Assembly (NCBI GenBank): GCA_028281535.1
Contig: JANQJS010000047.1
Location: 1,513-65,512, forward strand
From: Sedimentisphaerales bacterium
Lineage (GTDB): Bacteria > Planctomycetota > Phycisphaerae > Sedimentisphaerales > SM23-30
Reading direction: 5' to 3'
Length of the DNA: 64,000 nt
The notes below the pieces were generated by a model. It ran no database searches. It was not told the origin of the DNA and saw nothing but the letters and a program-made list of their open reading frames with translations. Below are positions 8,534 through 18,125 of this stretch, piece after piece; positions within the stretch are counted from its first letter, which is position 1, and every line of letters starts with the position of its first letter. Both the position numbers and the translations under genes were made by a program.

Positions 8534-9719
8534 TGACAAAAATCGAAGGATACTCATCATCGATGACAATGAAGCCATCCATGAGGATTTTAAAGCAATC
8601 CTGGGAGGTAAACCAGATACGGACCTTGATCTGGATGATGATGAAAGTATATTATTTGGTGAATCCGAGCAGGCGCTAGCTGAAATGGTGCCGTTTGAAT
8701 TAGATTCAGCTTTCCAAGGACAGGAAGGGCTAGAGATGGTGCGCAGAGCCGTTCAGGAAGGGCGACCCTATTCTATGGCATTTGTTGATATTCGTATGCC
8801 CCCTGGTTGGGATGGAATCGAAACCATTCAGCGTATCTGGAAAGAATTCCCAAGCTTGCAGGTTATTATTTGTACTGCTCACTCAGATTATTCCTGGAAG
8901 GATATGATAGACAAACTGGGACAAACGGATCGTTTGTTAATTGTTAAAAAGCCCTTTGAAAATATCGAAGTAAGGCAGATGGCATGTTCACTTTGTGAAA
9001 AATGGCATCTATTGACTGAATTTGATAAATTGTTAAAAGATAAAACACGTCAAATAACTGAAACGCGTGATATTACTGTCTTTTCACTTGCAAAATTAGC
9101 AGAATCAAGAGACCCTGAAATTGGTGAGCATCTAGAACATATTCAACAATATTCCCAAATTTTGGCAGATCAATTAGGCAAGGAAGGTCCGTACACCGAT
9201 CAGATAAATGAAAAGTTCAAAGAAGATTTATTCAGATCTAGCCCATTGCATGATATCGGCAAGGTTGGTATTCCAGATGCTATTTTACTCAAACCTGGCA
9301 ATCTGACAGAATCTGAATTTAAAATTATGGAGCAACATACAGTCATAGGTGCTGAATCATTGGCGCATGCTGCGAGCGTAACAAATGCTGGGAGCTTTTT
9401 GGTCATGGCGGCAGAAATTTCACATTACCATCATGAAAGATTCGATGGCTCGGGCTATCCTGAAGGTTTAAAGGGAACTCAAATACCATTGTCAGCTAGA
9501 ATTCTCGCATTAGCAGATGTTTATGACGCGCTTATGTCTAAACGAGTCTATAAGCCAGCATTTATGCCTGAAATCGTGAAAAAGATGATCATTGAAGAAA
9601 GCGGCAAACATTTTGATCCTGTTATTGTCGAAGCGTTTGAAGCCAGATACGAAGATATTATAAAGGTATCTAAGAAAGATATTCAGAATTTGGAAACAAC
9701 TGAGGAAATGAATGTATAA
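8523..9719 (+). CDS. Response regulator with HD-GYP c-di-GMP phosphodiesterase domain (RpfG-like)
   Basis: REC domain (ILIIDD, FVDIRMPPGWDG), then LHDIGKVGIPD and HHERFDGSGYP. Overlaps the kinase stop codon. Confidence 0.92.
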   Translation: MKSNDKNRRILIIDDNEAIHEDFKAILGGKPDTDLDLDDDESILFGESEQALAEMVPFELDSAFQGQEGLEMVRRAVQEGRPYSMAFVDIRMPPGWDGIETIQRIWKEFPSLQVIICTAHSDYSWKDMIDKLGQTDRLLIVKKPFENIEVRQMACSLCEKWHLLTEFDKLLKDKTRQITETRDITVFSLAKLAESRDPEIGEHLEHIQQYSQILADQLGKEGPYTDQINEKFKEDLFRSSPLHDIGKVGIPDAILLKPGNLTESEFKIMEQHTVIGAESLAHAASVTNAGSFLVMAAEISHYHHERFDGSGYPEGLKGTQIPLSARILALADVYDALMSKRVYKPAFMPEIVKKMIIEESGKHFDPVIVEAFEARYEDIIKVSKKDIQNLETTEEMNV

Positions 9720-9930
9720 ATGCAACAATCTTAGTGTTTAGAATATTCAATCATTTAAGATAGAATATGTATGGGGAATGCTATAAATATCGCCTATTAT
9801 TACAATTTTCTATTCTAGTCTAGACTTCTCATTTCTAATAAACTACAATTCACATGTAAACAATGATTAGCTAAGTAGTTAAAAATTATTCTTGGTTATG
9901 AATACTCTGCCTGGGTGCCAAGTATAAAAA

Positions 9931-10033
9931 TAAACAAAAATCTAATCATATCCTAATGCTGATTGCGGAAAATATATGCTAATTTATTGACTTCAATGGT
10001 TTATAAGTATATTAACATTTTGTAGACATTTTA
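9931..10033 (+). promoter_or_regulatory. Candidate Pho-box-like 11-bp direct repeats upstream of phoB
   Basis: CTAAT at 9942 and 9953 (11 bp apart). TTAACATTTTG/TAGACATTTTA at 10012-10033. Confidence 0.45.
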
Positions 10034-10082
10034 CTTAGTTTAGCCGCTGTTGAAATTTGTCACTATGAATTAGGAAATAATA

Positions 10083-10775
10083 ATGTCCGACAGAAAAGTT
10101 CTTGTAGTCGAAGATGAGGAAGATGTACTTGAGTTAGTAAGGTATAATCTTTGTAAAAATGGTTATACGGTTGAAACGGCTAAGTCAGGTGAAGAAGCAA
10201 TCTCTAAAGTCGAATCATATCTTCCGAATTTAATTGTCTTGGATATCATGCTACCTGGTATGGATGGGCTAGATGTTTGTAAATGGCTCAAAAAAAATAA
10301 TATCACAGAAAGTATTCCAGTTATTATGATGACGGCAAAAGGGGAAGAAAGTGATGTTGTAACAGGGTTAGAGCTGGGCGCTGACGATTATGTTACAAAA
10401 CCTTTTAGCCCAAGAGTCTTACTCGCTCGAGTTAAAGCTGTTTTGCGAAGAGGAGCTGGAGAGACAAGTAAATCAGATGGCGTGATAAAAAATGATGTTC
10501 TAGTGATCGACCCTAGCCGCCACCTTGTGATGGTTGATGAAAAGCCGGTTGATTTGACTGTTACAGAATTTAGAACCTTATACCATTTAGCAAATCGTCC
10601 TGGCCGTGTGTTTACACGTTATCAAATTGTTGATGCTATCCACGGCAGTGATTATCCGGTGACGGATCGATCTGTTGATGTTCAAATTGTTGGGCTCAGA
10701 AAAAAACTGGGTAAGGCTGGAAAAATAATTAAAACAGTCAGGGGGGTAGGATATAAATTTGAGGATCAAACCTAA
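10083..10775 (+). CDS. phoB: OmpR-family phosphate regulon response regulator
   Basis: REC + winged helix (LELGADDYVTKPFS, RSVDVQI, TVRGVGY). Adjacent to phoR and the pst genes. Confidence 0.9.
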   Translation: MSDRKVLVVEDEEDVLELVRYNLCKNGYTVETAKSGEEAISKVESYLPNLIVLDIMLPGMDGLDVCKWLKKNNITESIPVIMMTAKGEESDVVTGLELGADDYVTKPFSPRVLLARVKAVLRRGAGETSKSDGVIKNDVLVIDPSRHLVMVDEKPVDLTVTEFRTLYHLANRPGRVFTRYQIVDAIHGSDYPVTDRSVDVQIVGLRKKLGKAGKIIKTVRGVGYKFEDQT

Positions 10776-12139
10776 TGCGCAAACGCCTTTTATGGCAATT
10801 ATTTCCTTCCTATTTTCTTATCGCTGCTATCGCTTTTTTTATTGCCGGACAAAAATCAGAGCTAACACTATTTAATATTAATATTTATATTATTTTGGCA
10901 ATAATTACGGCCGTAAGTTATTTTATGGCTTACAAGCTAAGTCGTCCTCTTGTTAAAATCAAGGAGACGTCTGATCGATTTGCCCGAGGGGATTTATCGC
11001 ATCGTTTATACATATCAGATTCACGTGAAACTGGTTTGCTTGCGGATTCTTTCAATACGATGGCTGAGCAACTTAGTGAACGAATTAATACTATTATCGC
11101 TCAAGACAATGAAAAAGAAGCTATTTTAACAAGTATGCATGAAGGCTTGATTGCTGTAGATCTTGACCAGCGGATTATCAACATAAATCTAGCGGCAGTT
11201 AATCTGATCGATGAAAAAATCGAAACCGTTAAAGGGCGTAAACTCCAGGAAATTGTTCGGAATACAGCATTAAAAAAATTTGTCGAGTTAACTTTGAAAA
11301 GCAGTGAGTCGACTGAAGATCAAATTGAGTTCTATTGGCGAGAAAAACTTCTTGTTCTCAAGTTGCACGGAACAGCTTTAAAAGATGCTCAACACAAACG
11401 TATCGGAGCATTGGTTGTTTTAAATGATATTACAAAAATATGTCATCTAGAAAACGTGAGGAAAGATTTTGTCGCAAATGTATCCCACGAGCTTAAAACA
11501 CCGATCACTTCGATTGTTGGTTTTGTCGAGACATTACAGGATGGGGCAATCGAAAGTAAAGAAGATACATCACGTTTTCTTGAAATAATTTCAAAACAAT
11601 CAAATCGACTTAATTCGATTATTGATGATTTATTAATTTTATCGAAGATCGAGCAACAGAATGAAAAAGCACAGGTGGAAATGAAAGATGCCAGGTTGAT
11701 CCAGGTGCTTGAATCTGCCATAACATTATGTAAGTCAAAGCAAACAGATAAACTTATCGAGATTCAACTCAATTGTGATCCTGAATTGCGTATTAAAATG
11801 AATGCCTCAATGATAGAGCAGGCTGTCATGAATCTTGTCGATAATGCAGTCAAGTATAGTGGATCGAATGATGTTATTAATGTTGTAGTCACCACAAATT
11901 CTTATGAAGTTAAAATAGATGTTATCGATCAAGGGTGTGGAATTGAAAAAGAGCATTTAGCTAGATTGTTTGAGCGTTTTTACCGTGTTGACAAAGCACG
12001 TAGTCGAAAACAAGGTGGTACCGGATTGGGATTGGCTATTGTAAAGCATATTGCTCAATCCCATAAAGGGAGGGTCCGCGTAGAGAGTCAATTTGGCTCT
12101 GGAAGTTGTTTTTCAATAATACTCCCAAAAAATTGTTAA
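10775..12139 (+). CDS. phoR: Phosphate regulon sensor kinase
   Basis: Two TMs, HAMP, PAS, DFVANVSHELKTP and FERFYRVDKARSR..GGTGLGLAIVKH. TAATG overlap with phoB. Confidence 0.92.
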   Translation: MRKRLLWQLFPSYFLIAAIAFFIAGQKSELTLFNINIYIILAIITAVSYFMAYKLSRPLVKIKETSDRFARGDLSHRLYISDSRETGLLADSFNTMAEQLSERINTIIAQDNEKEAILTSMHEGLIAVDLDQRIININLAAVNLIDEKIETVKGRKLQEIVRNTALKKFVELTLKSSESTEDQIEFYWREKLLVLKLHGTALKDAQHKRIGALVVLNDITKICHLENVRKDFVANVSHELKTPITSIVGFVETLQDGAIESKEDTSRFLEIISKQSNRLNSIIDDLLILSKIEQQNEKAQVEMKDARLIQVLESAITLCKSKQTDKLIEIQLNCDPELRIKMNASMIEQAVMNLVDNAVKYSGSNDVINVVVTTNSYEVKIDVIDQGCGIEKEHLARLFERFYRVDKARSRKQGGTGLGLAIVKHIAQSHKGRVRVESQFGSGSCFSIILPKNC

Positions 12140-12255
12140 TAGAGTATAAAAATTATACAGCCAATGAAATGTTTGCGTTGTGTTAGGGCAGTAATTGCTT
12201 TTTGGGCGGGGCTTTAGGGGTTTGTTATTTCGTTGCACGAAATAAATTCCAATTT

Positions 12256-12293
12256 CTAACAAAACGCTAACATAGACCTAGTTAATCTCTAAT
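12256..12293 (+). promoter_or_regulatory. Pho-box-like array: four 11-bp-spaced half-sites upstream of pstS
   Basis: CTAAC at 12256, CTAAC at 12267, CTAGT at 12278 and CTAAT at 12289, an exact 11-bp period. Confidence 0.7.
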
Positions 12294-12356
12294 TCAAATT
12301 TGGAAAATACCAGCAGCAAGAAAGTATAATTTATTTAATCAGAAAAGGAGACAGTA

Positions 12357-13319
12357 ATGAAGTTTTCAAGAGTAATTGTTCTTTTGTTATTTATGGTTAG
12401 CTCTGTAGTCGCAGGAAATATTGAAGTTGATCCAAAAATTGGTGTTTACAAAAAAGTAGATGGTGTTGCAGGTAATCTTAATAGTATTGGTTCTGACACT
12501 CTAAATAACCTGATGACCTATTGGGCAGAGAGTTTCCGTAAGGAATACCCTAATGTAAGAATTCAAATTGAAGGCAAAGGTTCCAGTACCGCACCTCCTG
12601 CATTGATTTCTGGTACATCACAATTGGGTCCAATGTCCAGAAAAATGAAGGACAAAGAAATTGATGCTTTTGAGAAAAAGTTTGGCTATAAGCCTACTGC
12701 GATTGGGGTTGCTTTAGACTCTCTTGCTGTATATGTGCATAAAGATAATCCTATTGAAGAAATGTCATTGCAGCATGTGGATGCAATTTTTTCAAAGAAT
12801 CGCAAAGGGGGGTTTCCAACAGACATCGCAACTTGGAATGACTTAAAAATTGACACGACTTGGTCTTCGCACCCAATTAGTATTTATGGTCGTAATGCAG
12901 CCTCTGGAACTTATGGTTATTTCAAAAAGAAAGCCTTATTCAAAGGTGATTATAAAGATACCGTTAAAGAGCAGCCAGGATCGGCTTCAGTTGTGATGGG
13001 CGTTACAGAAGATATTTCAGGTATTGGCTATTCAGGTATTGGTTATAAGACCTCTGGGGTGAAAGCTCTGTCTTTATCTAAAAAAGATGGCCAAAAGGCT
13101 TATCCTCCAACGTATGAAAATGTTTTAAATGGAAAATACCCATTATCAAGAACCCTATTTGTTTATGTCGCAAAAGAGCCAAATAAAGAATTACCTAAAT
13201 TAACAAAAGAGTTTCTGAAGTTTGTTTTGTCAAAAGCAGGCCAGGAAATTGTAGTAAAAGATGGTTATTTGCCATTGCCTGCATCTTATGTACAAAAGCA
13301 GCTAAAGATGCTTGATTAA
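12357..13319 (+). CDS. pstS: Phosphate ABC transporter substrate-binding protein
   Basis: AAGGAG RBS, signal peptide, GSDTL, EGKGSSTA, MSR, YGRNAASGTY and YPLSR. Confidence 0.95.
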   Translation: MKFSRVIVLLLFMVSSVVAGNIEVDPKIGVYKKVDGVAGNLNSIGSDTLNNLMTYWAESFRKEYPNVRIQIEGKGSSTAPPALISGTSQLGPMSRKMKDKEIDAFEKKFGYKPTAIGVALDSLAVYVHKDNPIEEMSLQHVDAIFSKNRKGGFPTDIATWNDLKIDTTWSSHPISIYGRNAASGTYGYFKKKALFKGDYKDTVKEQPGSASVVMGVTEDISGIGYSGIGYKTSGVKALSLSKKDGQKAYPPTYENVLNGKYPLSRTLFVYVAKEPNKELPKLTKEFLKFVLSKAGQEIVVKDGYLPLPASYVQKQLKMLD

Positions 13320-13398
13320 TACTGCGAATTGTTTATAATCGCGACCCGATAGAGAATCGCATAGGAAGTGATTCTAAAGGATTGATATAAGGAAACTT

Positions 13399-13445
13399 AA
13401 TGGTCATTGTTACATTGTAATCTTCAAGATGTAACAATGACCATT
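13399..13445. terminator. Perfect 17-bp inverted repeat between pstS and pstC (stabiliser/partial terminator)
   Basis: AATGGTCATTGTTACAT-N13-ATGTAACAATGACCATT. Confidence 0.7.
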
Positions 13446-13449
13446 TAAC

Positions 13450-15690
13450 TTGGTCGCGGCAGTACGCCAGAAAAATTTCATGGACAAAAAACTTTTAACC
13501 AAGATCAAGCGAAATGATAAACTGGCGCATTGGGGCATCACTGCTGGCGGAATGTTTACAATCGTTTGTATGTTGACCATTTTGATTCTAATTGCGTCAA
13601 CAGCCCTTCCGTTATTTGAATCCCCTGAAATAAATATTGTTAATTCAATCGATATGGATCGCTCGCAGGGGAATATCATCGCTTCGGGCCTGGATGACTA
13701 TATCGAAACAGGGTATGTAGTCTATTCTTCTGGATTGGTTCATTTTTACCATTTAAATAGTGGAGCATTGTTAAAATCGCTTCAATTCCCACAAGTAAAT
13801 AATATCAAGTATTTGCAGCCAATCACCAACCATCAATATAGCATCATAACTGAGGCAAATAAAATGGGGATTGCGTCGATCAAGTTCTCTACAGAATTTG
13901 ACAACGATGGTAAACGATCGATCGTTCATAATGTTGCATTTGACGAATTAGAATTTGATTCAACGGTTATTGCTAAAGAGATTGATATTAAAATGGATGA
14001 ATATCAATCCATTGGTGCCGCTTTATTAGATGCGGACAATAAAATCCATGTTTTAAAACAGGTTAAAACAGAAAACCTCTTTGGTGATGAAACGGTTGAA
14101 ACTTATTCGTCGCAATTAAGCGATGAGTCTCTAGATTCGGTAATCACGGCATTTTGTATCGATGATACAACAACACATCTTTATTTGGGCTCAGATGATG
14201 GAAAAATCATTGTTTATCGCATTGAAATAGAAGATGAAGAGGCAATTCTAACATTAAAAACAACCGAGCAGGTCAATGCTGAAAATAAGCCGATTACTTC
14301 GCTAGCAATGGTTTTAGGAAGTGTTTCCGTAGCTGTGGGGGATGCGACTGGGCAATTATCCACATGGTTTTTTGCAAGAGGTGATCAGGGAGAAAAATTT
14401 GTTAAGGCACATATCTTGGAAAGACATGCGACTGATATCTCTAAGATTGTTCCTTTTCGTCGGAATAAATCCCTGCTATCTTTGAATAAAAATGGCCAGC
14501 TCCATATCGATCATATGACAAGCGAAAGGCATTTGTTGTCTTTGACTGAGGGCGCCATTTCAATTTTTGGATGTTCGAATCGCGGTGACGGATTGGTGAC
14601 GATCAATGAGAATAGCCAATTAGATGTCTGGAAATTAAAAATGAATCATCCTGAAATTAGTTGGGATGTTTTATTTGGTAAAGTCTGGTATGAAGGGCAT
14701 GCTCAGCCTGAGTATGTTTGGCAGAGTTCCTCTGGCAGCGATGATTATGAAGCAAAATTCAGTGTAGTGCCTCTTATCTTGGGGACATTTAAGGGCACAT
14801 TTTACGCCATGATCTTTTCTGTCCCGTTAGCTATTTTTAGTGCTATTTATGTCAGCCAATTTGCTGGTAATGCGTTGAAGAGTTGGATCAAGCCCATTAT
14901 GGAAATCATGGCAGCGGTTCCGTCTGTGGTTGTTGGATTTTTAATCGCGTTATGGCTTGCCCCGCTATTGAAAGAATGGATTGTCAGCTTTTTTGTTATG
15001 TTCTTTGTTGGGATTATTATACTGGTGTTATTTATTACTATCTGGTCGGTTGTCGAGCGGAAACCTGTGATACGACGCTTTTGGAAAGGTCGTGAAGGAT
15101 TAATCATGATCCCTTTGATGATTTTGGGGATCTATTTATCAGCTCCTTTGGGGATATGGGCGGAAAATATTTTATTTAATGGTGATTTTGAAAAGTGGAT
15201 TTATGAAACGGTGGACCTGAGGTATGACCAACGTAATGCCATTATTATTGCATTTGGTTTAGGAATTGCCGTTATACCTGTGATATTTTCAATCGCAGAA
15301 GATGCCCTTTCGAGCGTTCCAAAAACATTGACGGCTGCTTCACTGGCACTTGGAGCCAGTCGCTGGCAAACAGTTCGAAATATCGTTTTACTATCAGCTA
15401 GTCCCGGGATATTTGCAAGTGTTATACTAGGGTTTGCTCGTGCAGTGGGTGAGACGATGATCGTATTAATGGCAACAGGAAATACGCCGCTTATGAGTTG
15501 GAGTCCATTTAATGGAATGAGAACTCTATCTGCAAATATTGCAGTTGAAATTCCAGAAGCACCTGTGGGGGGAACATTATACCGAATATTATTTTTATGT
15601 GCTGTTCTGCTCTTTTTATTAACATTTGTATTGAACACGGGAGCAGAGCTTATTCGACAATCATTGAGAAAGAAATATGGCCGATTTTAA
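13450..15690 (+). CDS. pstC: Phosphate ABC permease PstC with large periplasmic beta-propeller-like insertion (start may be ATG 13480)
   Basis: C-terminal permease motifs EIMAAVPSVVVG, ASLALGASRWQT and ARAVGETMIVLMATGN. Confidence 0.92.
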   Translation: MVAAVRQKNFMDKKLLTKIKRNDKLAHWGITAGGMFTIVCMLTILILIASTALPLFESPEINIVNSIDMDRSQGNIIASGLDDYIETGYVVYSSGLVHFYHLNSGALLKSLQFPQVNNIKYLQPITNHQYSIITEANKMGIASIKFSTEFDNDGKRSIVHNVAFDELEFDSTVIAKEIDIKMDEYQSIGAALLDADNKIHVLKQVKTENLFGDETVETYSSQLSDESLDSVITAFCIDDTTTHLYLGSDDGKIIVYRIEIEDEEAILTLKTTEQVNAENKPITSLAMVLGSVSVAVGDATGQLSTWFFARGDQGEKFVKAHILERHATDISKIVPFRRNKSLLSLNKNGQLHIDHMTSERHLLSLTEGAISIFGCSNRGDGLVTINENSQLDVWKLKMNHPEISWDVLFGKVWYEGHAQPEYVWQSSSGSDDYEAKFSVVPLILGTFKGTFYAMIFSVPLAIFSAIYVSQFAGNALKSWIKPIMEIMAAVPSVVVGFLIALWLAPLLKEWIVSFFVMFFVGIIILVLFITIWSVVERKPVIRRFWKGREGLIMIPLMILGIYLSAPLGIWAENILFNGDFEKWIYETVDLRYDQRNAIIIAFGLGIAVIPVIFSIAEDALSSVPKTLTAASLALGASRWQTVRNIVLLSASPGIFASVILGFARAVGETMIVLMATGNTPLMSWSPFNGMRTLSANIAVEIPEAPVGGTLYRILFLCAVLLFLLTFVLNTGAELIRQSLRKKYGRF

Positions 15691-17287
15691 AGCATTACCT
15701 AAGCTGCCGAAAGGCGAAGGATGGATATGGTGTACTTGTGGTGCATTGATATTCATCTTGCTATTGATTACGTTACTTCTTGGCGTTGTCGTAGATAATG
15801 CTGCAAGGACCTTTTGGGCAAATGAAATCGTTCTTTATGAGCTGGACAACGGGCAAAAAGCGGTAGGGGAAGTAACAAAAGATGATGTGTCGCCTGTTAC
15901 GAAATCAAAAAGATATCAATTAAAAATCGGTAATAGAGATTTATATGGTCAGGATTTTCGTTGGTTTGATGAAGAAGCAATCAAAACGAAAAGCTTCCCG
16001 GAGAATGCTGTTGTTTTTGAACGAAAAGAACATGGGAACTTTTATGGCTTTTTTAAGCAGCTCAAACATTCTAGCCAATTTACATTAGTAAGTGGAAGTA
16101 TTGAAGATCAGTTTCATACTTTATATAAGCAAAGTAAAAAAGCTTATAAAGAGGTTGAATCGCTTGATGAGCTTATCGGAGATTTAAGCAATAAGGATCG
16201 CAAAATTGTCCTCAAGATGAAAGAGTTGGATTACAAGGGCAAAGCAACACCCGAGACAATCGAACCATTATTAGCGAAACAGCAAGAACTGAAAGATCAA
16301 TTTAACCAATCCCAAGATAAGCGGATCCAGATAGAGAATAAACTCTTGGAAAATATTGCGGTCATGGAAGACGCTAATGGAAGACAACATGAGATTTCAT
16401 TGATACATATTGTTCGTTTTTATCAGCCCAATAAAATGAGTGTTCTTGATAAATCAAAACTATATGTATCTAAGATTTATGAATTATTGTTTGATAATCC
16501 CAGGGAATCTAATACTGAAGGTGGCCTATTTCCTGCTATATTTGGAACCATATGTGTTATATTTCTAATGAGTATTACCTCGTTTCCTTTTGGCGTCATC
16601 GCAGCGATTTACTTGCGAGAGTATGCCAAGGATGGCATCATGGTTCGATTAGTTCGAATTGCTGTTAACAATCTGGCAGGTATACCATCGATCGTATATG
16701 GTATCTTTGGGCTTGGGTTTTTCGTCTATGGCATGGGGAGTAGTATAGATGGGCTCTTTTTCTCAGAACGCTTACCGGAGCCGACCTTTGGGACTGGTGG
16801 TGTCTTATGGGCCAGTTTAACACTTGGTTTGTTAACGGTTCCGGTTGTAATTGTTTCAACGGAAGAAGCTCTGGGAGCCATCCCGCAGGCGCTGAGGGAA
16901 AACTCATTAGCGTTAGGCGCTACAAAGTTTCAAACATTGATAAAGGTATTATTACCGATGGCCTCGCCTGGTATAATGACTGGATTTATTTTATCCATGG
17001 CAAGAGCTGCAGGGGAAGTGGCACCATTAATGATTACAGGGGTTGTAAAGTTAGCCCCATCATTGCCGATTGATGGTGAGTTTCCATTTATTCATTTGGA
17101 TAGGAAATTTATGCATCTTGGATTTCATATCTACGATGTTGGTTTTCAGTCTCCCAATGTTGAAGCAGCTAAGCCCATGGTTTATGTTACAACATTACTG
17201 TTGTTAACGGTGGTTGTAACTATGTGTAGTGTTGCGATTCTTTTTAGAAATAAAATGTTAAAAAAATATAAAACGTCTGCAATTTAA
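15677..17287 (+). CDS. pstA: Phosphate ABC permease PstA with extended N-terminal domain
   Basis: PRESNTEGGLFPAIFGT, NLAGIPSIVYG and ARAAGEVAPL. Overlaps pstC. Confidence 0.93.
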   Translation: MADFKALPKLPKGEGWIWCTCGALIFILLLITLLLGVVVDNAARTFWANEIVLYELDNGQKAVGEVTKDDVSPVTKSKRYQLKIGNRDLYGQDFRWFDEEAIKTKSFPENAVVFERKEHGNFYGFFKQLKHSSQFTLVSGSIEDQFHTLYKQSKKAYKEVESLDELIGDLSNKDRKIVLKMKELDYKGKATPETIEPLLAKQQELKDQFNQSQDKRIQIENKLLENIAVMEDANGRQHEISLIHIVRFYQPNKMSVLDKSKLYVSKIYELLFDNPRESNTEGGLFPAIFGTICVIFLMSITSFPFGVIAAIYLREYAKDGIMVRLVRIAVNNLAGIPSIVYGIFGLGFFVYGMGSSIDGLFFSERLPEPTFGTGGVLWASLTLGLLTVPVVIVSTEEALGAIPQALRENSLALGATKFQTLIKVLLPMASPGIMTGFILSMARAAGEVAPLMITGVVKLAPSLPIDGEFPFIHLDRKFMHLGFHIYDVGFQSPNVEAAKPMVYVTTLLLLTVVVTMCSVAILFRNKMLKKYKTSAI

Positions 17288-17298
17288 TGTGAAAGCAA

Positions 17299-18078
17299 AT
17301 GGACAATACAACAACAAATACAAATAATCCGATCATTAAAGTAAGAGACTTTTCTTTTTATTATGGCGACAATCGCGTCATTCAGGATGTCAATATAGAT
17401 ATTGCTCGCCAACAAGTCACCGCAATCATTGGCCCATCTGGGTGCGGTAAGTCCACCTTTTTGCGTTGTCTGAATCGCATGAATGATCTGGTTGATATTG
17501 CTCGTCACGAAGGTGACATTTTGCTGGATGGACATGAAATTTATGATCCTACGATTGATATTATAGAATTAAGGCGAAAAGTTGGAATGGTATTTCAAAA
17601 ACCAACACCCTTCCCAAAATCGATATATGAAAATATCGTTTACGGATTACGTATTGCAGGTATTACCGATCGAAATGAACTTGATGAAACGGTTGAAAAA
17701 ACACTGAAGCGTGTTGCGCTTTGGGATGAGGTTAAAGACAGGCTCGATGAGTCTGCCTTAGGCTTATCAGGTGGCCAGCATCAGCGTTTATGTATTGGTC
17801 GGGCCATTGCGGTTAATCCAGAAATCATTTTAATGGATGAGCCATGTTCAGCGTTAGATCCGCGTTCGACCGCAAGGATAGAAGATTTGATCGGTGAATT
17901 GAAACGAGATTATACCATTGTCATTGTGACGCATAATATGCAGCAGGCAGGACGTGTGTCTGATATCACCGCATTCTTTTTCGAAGGTGACTTGGTGGAA
18001 ACGGGAGCCACAGAAAAAATCTTTACAAATCCAGATAAAAAACAAACTGAAGATTATATCACTGGTCGCTTTGGCTAG
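17299..18078 (+). CDS. pstB: Phosphate ABC transporter ATPase
   Basis: Walker [29 protein letters not shown] and C-terminal [10 protein letters not shown]. Confidence 0.97.
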   Translation: MDNTTTNTNNPIIKVRDFSFYYGDNRVIQDVNIDIARQQVTAIIGPSGCGKSTFLRCLNRMNDLVDIARHEGDILLDGHEIYDPTIDIIELRRKVGMVFQKPTPFPKSIYENIVYGLRIAGITDRNELDETVEKTLKRVALWDEVKDRLDESALGLSGGQHQRLCIGRAIAVNPEIILMDEPCSALDPRSTARIEDLIGELKRDYTIVIVTHNMQQAGRVSDITAFFFEGDLVETGATEKIFTNPDKKQTEDYITGRFG

Positions 18079-18095
18079 TCATTTATTGTGTTGAA

Positions 18096-18117
18096 ATAAT
18101 GTTAGGATAATGTTAAG
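18096..18117 (-). promoter_or_regulatory. Inverted Pho-box-like pair between pstB and phoU
   Basis: The minus strand reads CTTAACATTAT CCTAACATTAT, an 11-bp direct repeat with the same core as the pstS array. Confidence 0.5.
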
Positions 18118-18125
18118 ATATTTGG

